Notes under the pieces: generated by a model
Database searches by the model: none
What the model was told of the DNA's origin: nothing
What the model saw: only the letters and a program-made list of their open reading frames with translations
Made by a program: the position numbers and the translations under genes
NCBI GenBank assembly: GCA_002633005.1
Contig: NMRA01000681.1
Location: forward strand, 62,001 to 126,000
Direction: 5' to 3'
Source of the DNA: Phoronis australis
Lineage: Eukaryota > Animalia > Phoronida
DNA length: 64,000 nucleotides
In this document: piece after piece, positions 39,801-50,202 of the stretch
Numbering within the stretch: position 1 is the first letter of the stretch
Layout: each line of letters opens with the position of its first letter

Positions 39801-42800
39801 TTAGCTTAATTTTTACTGTGTAGATGGGAAAAACAATATTTGGTAAAGTTTCAGTAATTTGCAGTAATCGGACTTTGAAAAAGAAAACAGGCCAGTTTTG
39901 CAATTACCGGTATTTTTGTGGTAAATAAATGAAGCATTAGAGTTATTATCACCTGTGTACACTCCGTGTTAGATTGTATCTTAATTGTCACTCTGAGCAG
40001 ATAATTAGATTGAAGGGGATTCTTTGCCAGGTTAATTGCATTTCTGGTTTAATCAATCATTCTAGACTAACCATATTATGGTGATTTGGTTCAACTGAGG
40101 TGGAAATTAGTGTCCTAATGAATTAACAGTTTAAGTCAACGTGTGTTGTTCAACAAAGATGTGGATCTGGTAGAAGACCAGGTTTTCTTTTAGTTCATTA
40201 AAATGTTTATATTAATTAGCTGCTAATTTAAACCTGGTACATTTGTAAAGTCATAGAGACATGTATTATTGGAGTTTTATGTGACATAAACTATTGTATA
40301 TGGGCAGCCAACTCTACATTCTTATTCATGAGATCTGCAATCAGATTGCACACAAGCTGCACCATCCTTATATATTAACGACTCATGACGAGTCTGAGCT
40401 AATTTCCTAAGCTACTCCACCGCAGGAATTATACTGAACAAAGATGTTGAACAACTTTTCAATGCCAAAATGTTTTTCTTTCGTGCTGTTAGGTATACAA
40501 GAAAATCTCATTGGAATACACAAGCTGGGATTAGCACACTAATTATAGCAGTGCATCTGCTGGGAATTTCAAAAGAAAATATTGGAGTTGCAAATGTGTT
40601 ATGTATGATCTGTTAGGGCATTCATGGATAGCTGGATACTCTTACCTATTATCTGTAACAATTTTTATATTAAAAATCAGAATTTGTTTTTGAAATGAAT
40701 GTGTTAGATAACTTACCACATCCTTTATGGTCTGTTTTTTGCCAAAACAGGAGTCAAGTGTTGTGTGATGTATTGAGCAAAATGAATGGATTTCCTTGAG
40801 CCAAGCATTATAATTTTGTTGATCCCAAAAACCAATGTTTTATTATCGTATTGACTAAAAACAGAAATTGATGTGAATGTCCTTTCAAGTAATTTGTAAT
40901 GATGCAGTTGTGTCACTGCCTGAAGGCCTTTCTCCAAAATTAATACATCACTGTTCAGTAAATTGGACTGTACCATTACTTTTTCTGATTCTTTGATTTC
41001 TGAAACTTTCTGATTAGACTTTTGACCTGACTTCACACTGTCCAATATCTATAAGTCAGTCTTCTTCTCTAACGTAATAAAATTCAAGGCTAACTTTCGC
41101 TGCTGAACCGTCAGCTCCAAGAGTCGCTGTGGCAACCGTCAAATTGTCGTGTTGTGACTGAGGGATGGATCCAGGATTTTGAGTTGTGGGGGGGGGGGCA
41201 GGACAGAGTATTACCCAGGATTTTGCCATCAGACATTCGCAACCCCAAACTGCCAAATGGAATCTGGAAGAATTTAGGAGGAACCGTGGCCCCCTTACCC
41301 CCCAAATCCGTCACTGGTTGTTGACCGTGATCAGTGAAATACCAAGATGCTGATTCTGAAATACAAAACTGTTGGGTACTGTTTTGCTTGTCTGGCATCG
41401 GTATTTTTTGGGGTGGCTAGTTATATTTCTATTTTATTGGGCGCTGGTTGATGTGTTTGTTTTCACTCGGTAGGCATTCTCAAATTGGTAGCAGCCGGTT
41501 CCCTTATGCATGGAGCTGCAGGCTGTCCTTGCAATTTTCTGCTCATTATTTCTGGAGGTACAAAAACATGTTGTATGATTGACTGGTTTTCAGATTGTAT
41601 AGCCTTATTTAGGAGGGTCCAGGCAAGTGGAGAATATTTTGTCGTGCCTCACTCATCTTGTCTGCATTGCAGTGCACTTTCAACAGTAAAACTTTATTGA
41701 CATCAGAATCACAAACTTCAAACTAATTTTAATGCAAAATAGTGACCAACAGCATGGCAGCAGTGTGCAACTGTGGGGCAAGTGTCCCCCAGGGATGTAC
41801 ATCAAGTGTCCCCCAGGGATGTACAGCAAGTGTCCCCCAGGGATGTACGGCAAGTGTCCCCCAGGGATGTACGGCAAGTGTCCCCCAGGGATGTACATCA
41901 AGTGTCCCCCAGGGATGTACAGCAAGTGTCCCCAGGGATGTACAGCAAGTGTCCCCCAGGGATGTACAGCAAGTGTCCCCCAGGGATGTACAGCAAGTGT
42001 CCCCCAGGGATTTACAGCAGACAGAGGGCACTTTAGTATTTCCTGAATTAGCTATTTATTCAGCTATTTGTATTTTATTTTCAGGCAACAACACCCTTCA
42101 GAGTTGTTATTGCTGTTGACTCCAGTGACATTGCTTACCATGCTGCTGAATGTGAGTATAGTCTTTAAGACAATACACCTCAATATGAGTACGGTATATA
42201 TAGTCTTTAAGACAACACACCTCAATCCTTGCTGCTCTGAATAATAGTTTTTGCCTAGTTTAAGTTGGTTTTGACCATTAGTTATTTTTTGTCATTTGTC
42301 TGATTTTAGAAACTGAATGTAAAACTGGCGACCATGTATCTTAAGTTCTAAGATATTGAACTTGAAGGTAATTCAAGTCTTAAAATAATTATCATCTTCA
42401 TGCATTTTTCAGCGTAAGCATTTACGGTAGTTTCATTGATTTTTGCATTGCCTGGTATATGTTATGTGATGTTCATATTTGGTGAAACTATAAAGTGATG
42501 AAAAACCAAGATGGTGATTAAATAGTGGCGGGTTCTGCCTGTGTCCCTTGTTCATCTACATCCCCCATCCCCACTCTCGTTAATACCACTTTAACCTCCC
42601 ACAACAGTTTAATCTTCCCCTGCCCCACTTCCTAAACATTTATGTATACCCATATGTTTGTATGTGCATTATGCCATCGTTGCTGTCTAGCCTGAGCCAG
42701 TCAGCCATCCATATAGCATCCGCTGCTGTATCTCTAAATCCCCATGACGGATGTGCGTGCAATTACTTTTATAGATGGGACGGCATAAGCTAATTTTCAG

Positions 42801-45800
42801 ATGGATTTGAGTACCATAGGCAAATTTATTTTTTATTTCATGAAATTTGATAAATAGGTATCTATTCCTTTTAGTCATCTTCCTCTCTATTGGCCAAGCT
42901 GCTCTACTATGGCACCTCCTTATGGCAGTTTTATTTTTTTACGTCTGCAGCTTTAGCTCATAAACCCCTTTGAAGAACTTTGTTAAATTTTGCAAGCCAT
43001 ATCTCACTACCACTGTGTCCCCACTACTGCATGGTGCAGGCCGGGGTGTAAGTATGGACGCTCTGGTCAATGTGAGCTCTTTTCCAAGAGAAAGTTGTTC
43101 TGTGCCGGGTAACTTGTAGTATATACATGACTTTTAAAAAATTCTTTTGTAGATTTTCACATCAATCGTTGGTTTTTAGAAAGTGATACATGCATGTTGC
43201 TTTAATCTGAAAATGACATTATGGACACCTTTCAACCTTCTGCAATGGTGAACAAAGTAAACACCAAAAACATGACTGATTTCTCCGACATGTCAGGTCA
43301 TCATCAGTGGTCCTCATCTATGACGGGTCAGCACTAAGTCATAACTTGTCATCCTAGCTACTCTGACTCAGTTACTCATGCGTTCAGCCATATGAGAGGG
43401 AACCCTAGTTGTTGCCCCAATCAACAAAACATAGCTTTCTACTCTAAGCTCTATCTGTTGTGCACAAATCAATGAGCTTTTATCGTCATTCTCAATGCAG
43501 CGCGTGAAGGGGAACCTTGGTCATGTGACATAACTATGGTGATAAGTCCACAGACTGTTAATGCAGACATCTTTTTCCAGATTATTTCAAGTATGTCTAT
43601 CAACCATTCCATCAGGTTGTGGTGTTCCATGCAGCTTCTGCACCCAAGCTTTCCACATTGTCATTGAAGAGTAAGTACTTTTCAGCTTGCATCAATGTTT
43701 CACGTCATCACTGGGTTTCTCCTTTGTTTGATTAACTCATTGCCTAACCAAGCAAGATTTATTGTAATTTTGTCGAAAACCGTCCGAATTTCAAAAGTAA
43801 GGAAACTAGAATGTTCAGCCAAAACTTCATAGACAACCAATTTTCAAGCAATCTGCAAGACCCACTTTACACATGTATTTTTGGGATTGCTCTCTTTCAG
43901 TGGCATTGTTACCTTTCAGTTGTTGTAGAAAGCTCATTTTATGCTGTATACATTTTACTATACTTATTTTTGATATCACGTCATGATACATCATTGTATA
44001 AATGATTAAAACGATGGCGGTGTTAACGCTATATACTTTCACGGTTACGGCAGGTGATGCAATTTAATAGACAACTGTATCCGTTACTACATAATGTGAA
44101 ATTACAATGCAAGCTTTTTGTATATTGTCATAATAAATGCTGTCTACTGATATCATAACTGAGCAACGGTTTGAGGTTGGAGCTGGGAAAGCAGTGTATG
44201 AAAATTATGAATTTGCTTTTATGCAAAAATGTTGAGTTTAAAGGCGAAGGCAACCTTTTTCCATGTCATTTTGAGCTAAAATAAGGTTGGTTGGTTATCC
44301 TAGACATATTTTTCACTTAATTACAGCTTTTCGTAATTTTATTAATTACTCGTCCGCTTTTCCGGAAGTGACGTTTTAGGAGGCAAGCGCTTCCCGCCAC
44401 TTGGTTTTGCGTTGAGCTTACTGTGCGAATCTGTTCTATTCTACTTTTGTTTTGTGCTATTTTTCACCAATTGTCGCCACCACTTTCCATCGGCGAGTAT
44501 TCTGCGGCAAGATAGGTTAGTAGAGAACTCAACTGCGTTGGATTTAGGGATTGTTTAGTGTGTTGTAAGCTGAAAATGGCTGGAGTCGGTGACCCGTATC
44601 ACAGTGACAGTAGTGTGAGTGACGGAGACCTTGTTCACAGCAGTGGTGACGAGGAATTTTTTCACGGACATTCAGTGGGTGGGTACATGTTTGAGCCCGA
44701 GTACAACGAGGCAGAGTACACACAGGCACAGGCAGCTGTTGAGAGAAACGAGGCGGCTACTGAAGACAGACGTGGTGACACATCTTGGTGCAAATGCACT
44801 GTGTGCGTTGTTATGCCTACCTCAATTGAATGCTTGTGCTGTTCCGAGTTCCACATCAATTATCTTTTTGGTCTCTTCCTCCATTAGAGTGTATGTGGTA
44901 TACTTGGCGGACCGCCCTGGTGAGTCAGACAAGTTCTCCTTCTCCATGAATTCCGCCACCAACTCGAGATGTTGTGACATGTATGCGTCATTGACAACTG
45001 GTATTAAATAGGAATTCTGAATGTTGTTGAATGTTGTTTTCGAAAAAAAACTTGACTTTTCCAAAGTCCATCATTGTCTTCACCGACTGAAACGTGTTTC
45101 CAGTGAAGAGCACACCACTGGACATGGTTAAGTGGACCTCCGGCATACCACGGACAGAGGAACAACTGTCCCACTTGCCAGAGTGTCCCGTGACACACTC
45201 CCACTGGATGGTGACCTGAGCACCCAAACTGCTTACATTGTGTCGTGTGACTCCCTCGCCACACACCTGGCACCTTCTAAATAGCTCCAACACTTTAGAC
45301 AAGTCCACAATAAACTTATCAAAGTTTGGCTCACCGATCTGTTCACTGGACGACGAACTGTCCTCTTCACTGGGTGTCGAACTGGGCCTGTAATCACTCC
45401 CACTACTCAATATCGCTGCAGGGCTGCTTAGAGGCTCTGGGCTGGAGAAAACAGCACAGGGCGAATCACTACTGGTTCCAGGAATTGCACGCTCTGGGGT
45501 ACGTTCGGAGGCACGGGTGACAGTAGATGAAGTGCCTCCACTGGCTCCAGTCACTGTACTGGCCACAGCTCGCGAGGCTTCTCGCTTCAAAAACGCACTT
45601 CTCGGGGGTGGCGACGGGGCACTGCCGGGAATCAACACAGACGGAATGGCATCCTTCTTCAAGCGTTGTTTCGCGGGGACCTTCATCAGTTCAGCGTACA
45701 AATCCCTTTCGTAATCGGACGGCAGAAAGTGCTTGCCACACACACGGTAATTCTCCACTGCTTTGTACGTTGCGTGGACGGGTAACGCTGCGTTCTTCAC

Positions 45801-48628
45801 ACGAACGAGCCAAGTACGGCGAAGTGTGTCATCCATCGGAAAGCGATGCAAAGGTGCTCCCAAAGCGCGCGTGAGCTGATAATTACTACATCCCGGTACG
45901 CAGCAACAGTGTGGCATGTTGACTGACTAGTAAATGAAAGCGACGACGGAACTTAACACAACCGAGGTAGAACAATGACTGACTCGGCAGCTCTCACAGT
46001 CAGACTATGTAAAAAGAAATTGGCGGGAAGCGCTTGCCTCCTAAAACGTCACTTCCGGAAAAGCGGACGAATAATTAATAAAATTACGAAAAGCTGTAAT
46101 TAAGTGAAAAATATGTCTAGGATAACCAACCAACCTTATTTTAGCTCAAAATGACATGGAAAAAGGTTGCCTTCGCCTTTAATGAAAAGAAAAGTGAACT
46201 GCGTCCACAAAAGCTAAAGGTTATTTGAGATCTTATCATCACAGCCAAGTTTGTGCATTCAGTCAAATATCTACAAAATTTTATAATTTAATTCAGAAAA
46301 AGTACATATTTTCTGATAGTAGAAAGTCTGTAGTTTTTTGGCTTTATCCGAATTGCTATTAACTGACCATGTCTTTCCAGTAAAATTAAGCAAAACAGAA
46401 AGGCTTATCTTGGCAAAACATTAGTATCAGTTAAGTGAACAAATTTCTTTTGGTGTATACAGTACATTCAAGATGAAATCTCGAAAACACGGTTACAGTT
46501 TTCTAAATTTTCATTTTGTTTTTGTTTTAATGCAACTTATAAGTAGAATCCCTAAAGTCCCAGGGCCCTCAATCCATTGATTTTGGGACCAAACATTGTT
46601 CCCATTCCCTCTCAAAAATATTGAAAAGTCATGCAAAATCTCCAACAGTTAAGGCCCAAGAATTCACCTCAAGTGATTGAAAAATTATCGAGGTTTGAAT
46701 CACCTGTAGCTCACACACGTGACAGTTTGAAAGAGCACAAAAACTTGGTTCTGAATTTGGTGGCAGAATTTTCACCTTACCCACAAAATTTCCCTTTCAG
46801 AAGGCACAGGCACCTTTCCCTCTGGTGATCGAGGGCCCTGAATGCTACTTTTAATAGCTAATCATTTCAAACAACAGTTCAAAACAATTCCTAACAGAAT
46901 ATTGCAGAACAATGCATGAAGTACACTATCTGAAAGTTTCATTTCAATCTGATCGGCCATTTTTGGGATGTGATTGTACAAAGTTAACCAAATTTAGACA
47001 TTTCACTAGGGTCTGGCATGTCAGTCCCTTTGTCGTAGTTTATGTGATTAGTGACATGTTTTGCTGTATTTCAGGTCCAATGGCCCCGCCTGTTCCTGAG
47101 TGGAAAGAGACATTGGAGACAGCTAACAAAGAAAAAACAGATCTGGAAAATAAGTTTTATAGCTTAAAGATTCACACGGATGCCAAGGTATTGAGCAAAT
47201 ATGATTGTCTTTGCGTGGCAAAGATGTTATTTGGTTTGACATAATCCACCTGTGTTGTAATTTTTTCACAGTTCAAAACGTTTAATCTGTAGCCTTTCTT
47301 CATTACAACTTTTCTCTAGTTGGGCATTTTGCACTCTGCAATGTAGTATGTCGTGACAGTATGAGTAGAGTGGTGTTTAAACATGTCCATGGTCGCAATG
47401 GTCATCTATAAAGGGTGTCAGACAATTACACACATGAACTTCATATCATGTGCCAAACTTGGTGGATCATCTACACAAGCCATTGGTGATATGTATGATC
47501 CACAGCGTCATACAAACCACATAATTAATTGTTCAAGCATAATTCAAACTACAATCATTGAACCATTTTAATGCCTTGAAAGAATTGTAGTTAATTTTGC
47601 AGTTCATATGCATGGGTTTTTGGATCAAAAGTATCATGTTGTGGTTCATATGGTTCAGTGATTCGAGCAGATGGTTCATTGGTTGGGGTGTATGATTTGA
47701 AGTTTGTGCATATAAATTGACTGATGCCTTCGTGAATTAAGTGTAGTATTATCTGGTCATAAGAAGTGGTAATTATTTTGGAGTTTGCAAATGCTATGAA
47801 CTGGAATTACATTGAAAAAATATTATTCACAAAGTTTTTTATCAAGAAATAAAAATGGTTGGTTCTTCCAATTTTTAAAAGACTGCTTACAATCAGGCCA
47901 AAAAGCATGGTTGATTCATTTTGAAGCTGGTGCCTCAGAAGTGATCAATTTCAGCAAAAATCTCATTTTTTTCAAATGTCACAAAAAGGAAAACATTGAG
48001 GAGGCCAATTCAGCAACTATCACCTAGCAATTAGCCATCACCCGATTAACTTCCCCAAATGAGGTAATCAGGTCAATGTATCACTGAAACTTGTTTGAGA
48101 TGAAAAAAAACAAAATCCCGTACCAGCGTTGCTCTTTCCAAGTGGTTTTTTAATAGACTACTAAAAATACTGCCCTGTGACGTCACTTTTCAAAAAATAC
48201 TCCGATTAGAACCTTCCGTGATATTTGGGCCTTACCTGAAGGCATATGAATGGAATATCAAGGGATTAATTATGTTAATGTAACTGATGGTGTCACAAAA
48301 CTGTTGTCTCAGTTGGACCAAAATAATCAGATTTTGTTTGCATTGTTGTTTATTTACTGAGTAGAACTTTTGATGGAATGTTGAATGCTTGTAACGCCCG
48401 ATTTGTGTGTTACAGATGAATTACTCGTGGGACTCTGACATTGGCAACCCTGGTGAGCTCATCTGTGCAGAAGCGGAGAAAATAAACGCCAACCTGGTTG
48501 TTATTGGAAACCGCGGCCTTAACAAAATCCGGCGCACATTCATGGGTAGTGTCAGTGAATATGTGTTGCATCATTCAAACTATCCAGTCATGGTCATCCC
48601 CAAAGGAACAGTTGTCGATGACCAATAG
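15876..48628 (+). CDS. Universal stress protein (UspA family), ~161 aa
   Basis: Exons 42085-42151 (ATTPFRVVIAVDSSDIAYHAAE), 43581-43670, 47075-47187 and 48416-48628 are phase-compatible GT-AG. The last has the ATP-binding motif G-2x-G-9x-GS (GNRGLNKIRRTFMGSVS..VLHHS..PVMVIP). The ATG-only first coding exon at 15876-15878 is inferred (phase 0 fits) and is less certain than the other four exons. Confidence 0.85.
19629..19866 (+). mobile_element. MITE with CA...TG ends and 5-bp TSD
   Basis: TIR catgcgtgtaccc / gggtgcgcgcatg (11/13), flanked by ccata on both sides; a second copy lies near 1.9-2.1 kb. Confidence 0.7.
22152..22268. repeat. Minisatellite (~23-25 bp, ~5 copies)
   Basis: Repeated tgttgagattttactgt. 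Confidence 0.65.
26623..28044 (-). mobile_element. Older, degenerate copy of the same Kolobok-type family in USP intron 1
   Basis: Ends are homologous to the 44242-46178 TIRs (agatgaaggcagcctttt...ccggaagtgacg / cgtcacttccgg...gttgcattcttct), with TTAA on the right and GTAA on the left. Internal remnants match both ORFs (SSGSDYR..PSEEDSSSSSEQ..EPNFDK..LFRR.QVCGEG on -, FEP/EDRRG region on +). It has a larger central deletion at ~27175 and multiple frameshifts. Confidence 0.82.
29137..29304. repeat. (TG)n/(TATG)n microsatellite
   Basis: Directly visible. Confidence 0.95.
29953..30126. repeat. Palindromic tandem repeat cluster
   Basis: Repeated acgctagcgt / gtgtcaaatgtgtaaaa units, plus an inverted ttttacacatttgaca. 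Confidence 0.6.
30302..30453. mobile_element. MITE-like inverted repeat element
   Basis: ggtagagttcagtgacgctagg / cctagcgttactgacctctacc (20/22 inverted match). Confidence 0.55.
32466..32754. mobile_element. MITE with perfect 20-bp TIR and 5-bp TSD
   Basis: caaggtacctaaactacacg / cgtgtagtttaggtaccttg, flanked by ccttt on both sides; GT-rich internal subrepeats (gtgagtccgt, ccgtgttt). Confidence 0.8.
33061..33650 (+). repeat. Interspersed repeat, ~600 bp, copy 1
   Basis: Reverse complement of 57420-58002 (e.g. aaacgctgatcagagttaacaatatcac, gggaagtggccctttgtgaagataaacacaagttaacc). Confidence 0.8.
37495..38268 (+). mobile_element. Helentron-associated / DINE-1 (HINE)-like non-autonomous element with internal tandem repeats
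   Basis: T-rich start, subterminal palindrome (ccacatat..atatgtgg), (CCGT)n microsatellite, then repeated core units with ttcatgaaatttgg and gccccctagtggc; runs into the N gap. Confidence 0.6.
38269..38698. other. Assembly gap (N run)
   Basis: Run of n characters adjacent to tandem-repeat-containing element. Confidence 0.99.
41778..42020. repeat. 24-bp minisatellite, ~10 copies, just 5' of USP exon 2
   Basis: Unit caagtgtcccccagggatgtacag with minor variants and no unique spacers. Confidence 0.92.
42638..43083 (+). mobile_element. Degenerate relative of the 37.5 kb HINE-like element
   Basis: Shares tttatgt..ccca.at, gcattatgcc, atgggacggcat, tttcagatggatt and ttcatgaaattt. Confidence 0.45.
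44576..44851 (+). pseudogene. Second transposon gene (KolX-like; resembles P2X7 ballast/ZCD Cys-rich domain), 5' fragment
   Basis: ATG 44576: acidic N-terminus, GYMFEPEY, then RRGDTSWCKCTVCVVMPTSIECLCCSE, a motif I recognise from P2X7-like/nanor-type Cys-rich domains. It ends at the internal-deletion junction. Confidence 0.7.
44850..45917 (-). pseudogene. THAP-domain transposase (Kolobok-type), truncated and frameshifted
   Basis: The 309-aa ORF 44988-45917 starts with a C2CH THAP domain (CCVPGC..HRFP..W..VCGKHF..DAIPS), then a Ser-rich linker and a CQVC..C..GH Zn-ribbon. It frameshifts at the homopolymer run near 45043-45050 into SKTTFNNIQNSYLIPVV...DSPGRSAKYTTYTLM..IIDVEL and is cut off near 44850. 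The GDGR-type catalytic residues expected just before DSPG are absent. Confidence 0.82.
46561..46840. mobile_element. hAT-like MITE
   Basis: Ends cagggccctcaatc / gatcgagggccctg; no clean TSD. Confidence 0.55.
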
Positions 48629-50108
48629 GTAGCAAGGGACTGGTCACATAGTTTTTTACTCTTGGTGCATTCTGGTCTATGGTAGCTAGTACGTCCCTTT
48701 TGTGTTCTGGTCATTACTCAAAGTTGTATTCTTATTGTAAAGTTATGGTTCTGTGCAGAGTTAGTCAATGGAAGATATATTAATTTTCTGGTTGTGCACA
48801 AGAACTCTTGGTAGTTTTATTGTTATTTGTTATTTTCCACACTCTTTGTAGGTCATTAAACATCTCACTGCAGTTTCTTTGTTTAGTTGGCCATTTGCCC
48901 CAGTGCTAGTTGATTCAACTTACAGACCTGTAACAGTTTTAGTTGTTAGATGAGGAGGAGCCAGTCACTCTGCACAAAATAGTCAAGCTATACAAGTGTG
49001 TTACTGATTGGTATTACCTCTTTTGACATCACATCTGTGCTGGATTTGCGCACAACTACAAAGGGGTGTGTCAAGTTGTTACACTGGAGTCGATTTGTAA
49101 CTGCTTGCCTTCCCAATCCTCATATTCCTGCGGCAACTGTTCATTTGTACACAACTTAAGTCATCTTACTGTTAAAATACTATTATACTTTGCTGATGTA
49201 CCAACTAGCATTGCTAGCGATATATGCAGTATACTATTACTACAGTGCACCATATAATCTATAGGAATAAATTACATAGATTCAGTTTTACCAGGGGTGA
49301 TGTAAATGTTTCTCGTAATGTGAACACTCAGATATAAAGTATTTCGGTGTTTGAAGGTGTGCCACTTTACTGTAGAATGCTGTGTTTGTTTGCTACTGGG
49401 GTGTATTATAGCAACATTAATTAGTATCTAGATTTGGGATTAGGACATGTTACAGTCTCATCCACCATTAGGATTGTGTGCATTTATGATTGATTATCAA
49501 GTTTTTTAAAGTTGATATTTTTTCTCCAAATTAAGGTATTGATAATAGTTATCTTTATGAATAGAGCATTTTAACGTATATATCATGCAGGCAGTTTTAG
49601 TATATTCTGAGACTTTATTTATGTTGGTTATTGATATGACATAGTGAAACAAACTCTGTGTGTGTTTTGACGCAATGTTTTACTAAAATCTGTTGATTGT
49701 AAACTGGTCGACTTATAGAATTGGTTTTAAGATTAATGTCCAGTTGAAGTTGTATGTTAACAGAGTAGAGAACATTACCGTATATGTTGGTGGTGTGCAC
49801 AAAAGCTACATGTAGATTATGTGCTGTGAGAAAAGGAGTATTCTACCACATTCCACGAGTTTCAAATCAGTCGTGTTATTGGCTTAATCAGCATAAAAGT
49901 TATGTAATTGTCCTAATCTTGTGTGACTGTTATTCAAGAGTAAAAATTGAAAACATTAATTGGCAGGCTGGAGATTCTTCTAATTATGAACAGTGATTAA
50001 AAGTACATCAGACATTTGGAGTGATTTGTTAGGGTGATGTGTGAATACAGCGATTGAATTTTGCTGGTGTAGTTTGTTTTATCTTGGCACAAATCATTCT
50101 GTGCCATC

Positions 50109-50202
50109 CACAGGCGTCCTCAGCTTCTGATCGTCCCCAATACACTACATGTAGTATTATATGTAGTGTATTGGGGACGATTAGAAGCTGAGGACGCCTG
50201 TG
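50109..50202. mobile_element. 94-bp fold-back MITE with 8-bp TSD
   Basis: 42-bp arms (50109-50150 / 50161-50202) with one mismatch, CA...TG ends, and gtgccatc duplicated on both sides. Confidence 0.8.

Larger units (their letters stand above)
44242..46178 (-). mobile_element. Kolobok-type DNA transposon, internally deleted, young copy, in USP intron 3
   Basis: TTAA on both sides (44238-44241, 46179-46182); AG...CT termini; 158-bp TIRs (44242-44399 / 46021-46178) with one mismatch seen. Encodes a THAP-transposase 5' part (-) and a convergent Cys-rich ORF (+). Confidence 0.85.

Noticed and set aside
15958-41700. Numerous 60-106 aa ORFs in USP intron 1
   Set aside because: Apart from the transposon remnants, I found no recognisable domains or consistent exon chains; no nested gene is supported.
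41778-42020. CRISPR-like array or repetitive proteins (KCPPGMYS, PGGHL repeats)
   Set aside because: Head-to-tail 24-bp units without unique spacers, in a eukaryotic intron; the ORFs are by-products of the repeat.
44576-44887. Genuine P2X7 receptor gene
   Set aside because: No transmembrane or ectodomain exons; the fragment lies inside TIRs.
44242-46178. piggyBac or P element assignment
   Set aside because: TTAA fits piggyBac, but the ends are AG..CT rather than CC..GG. THAP fits P, but P makes 7-8-bp TSDs. The DSPG.SAKY motif and the ends fit Kolobok.
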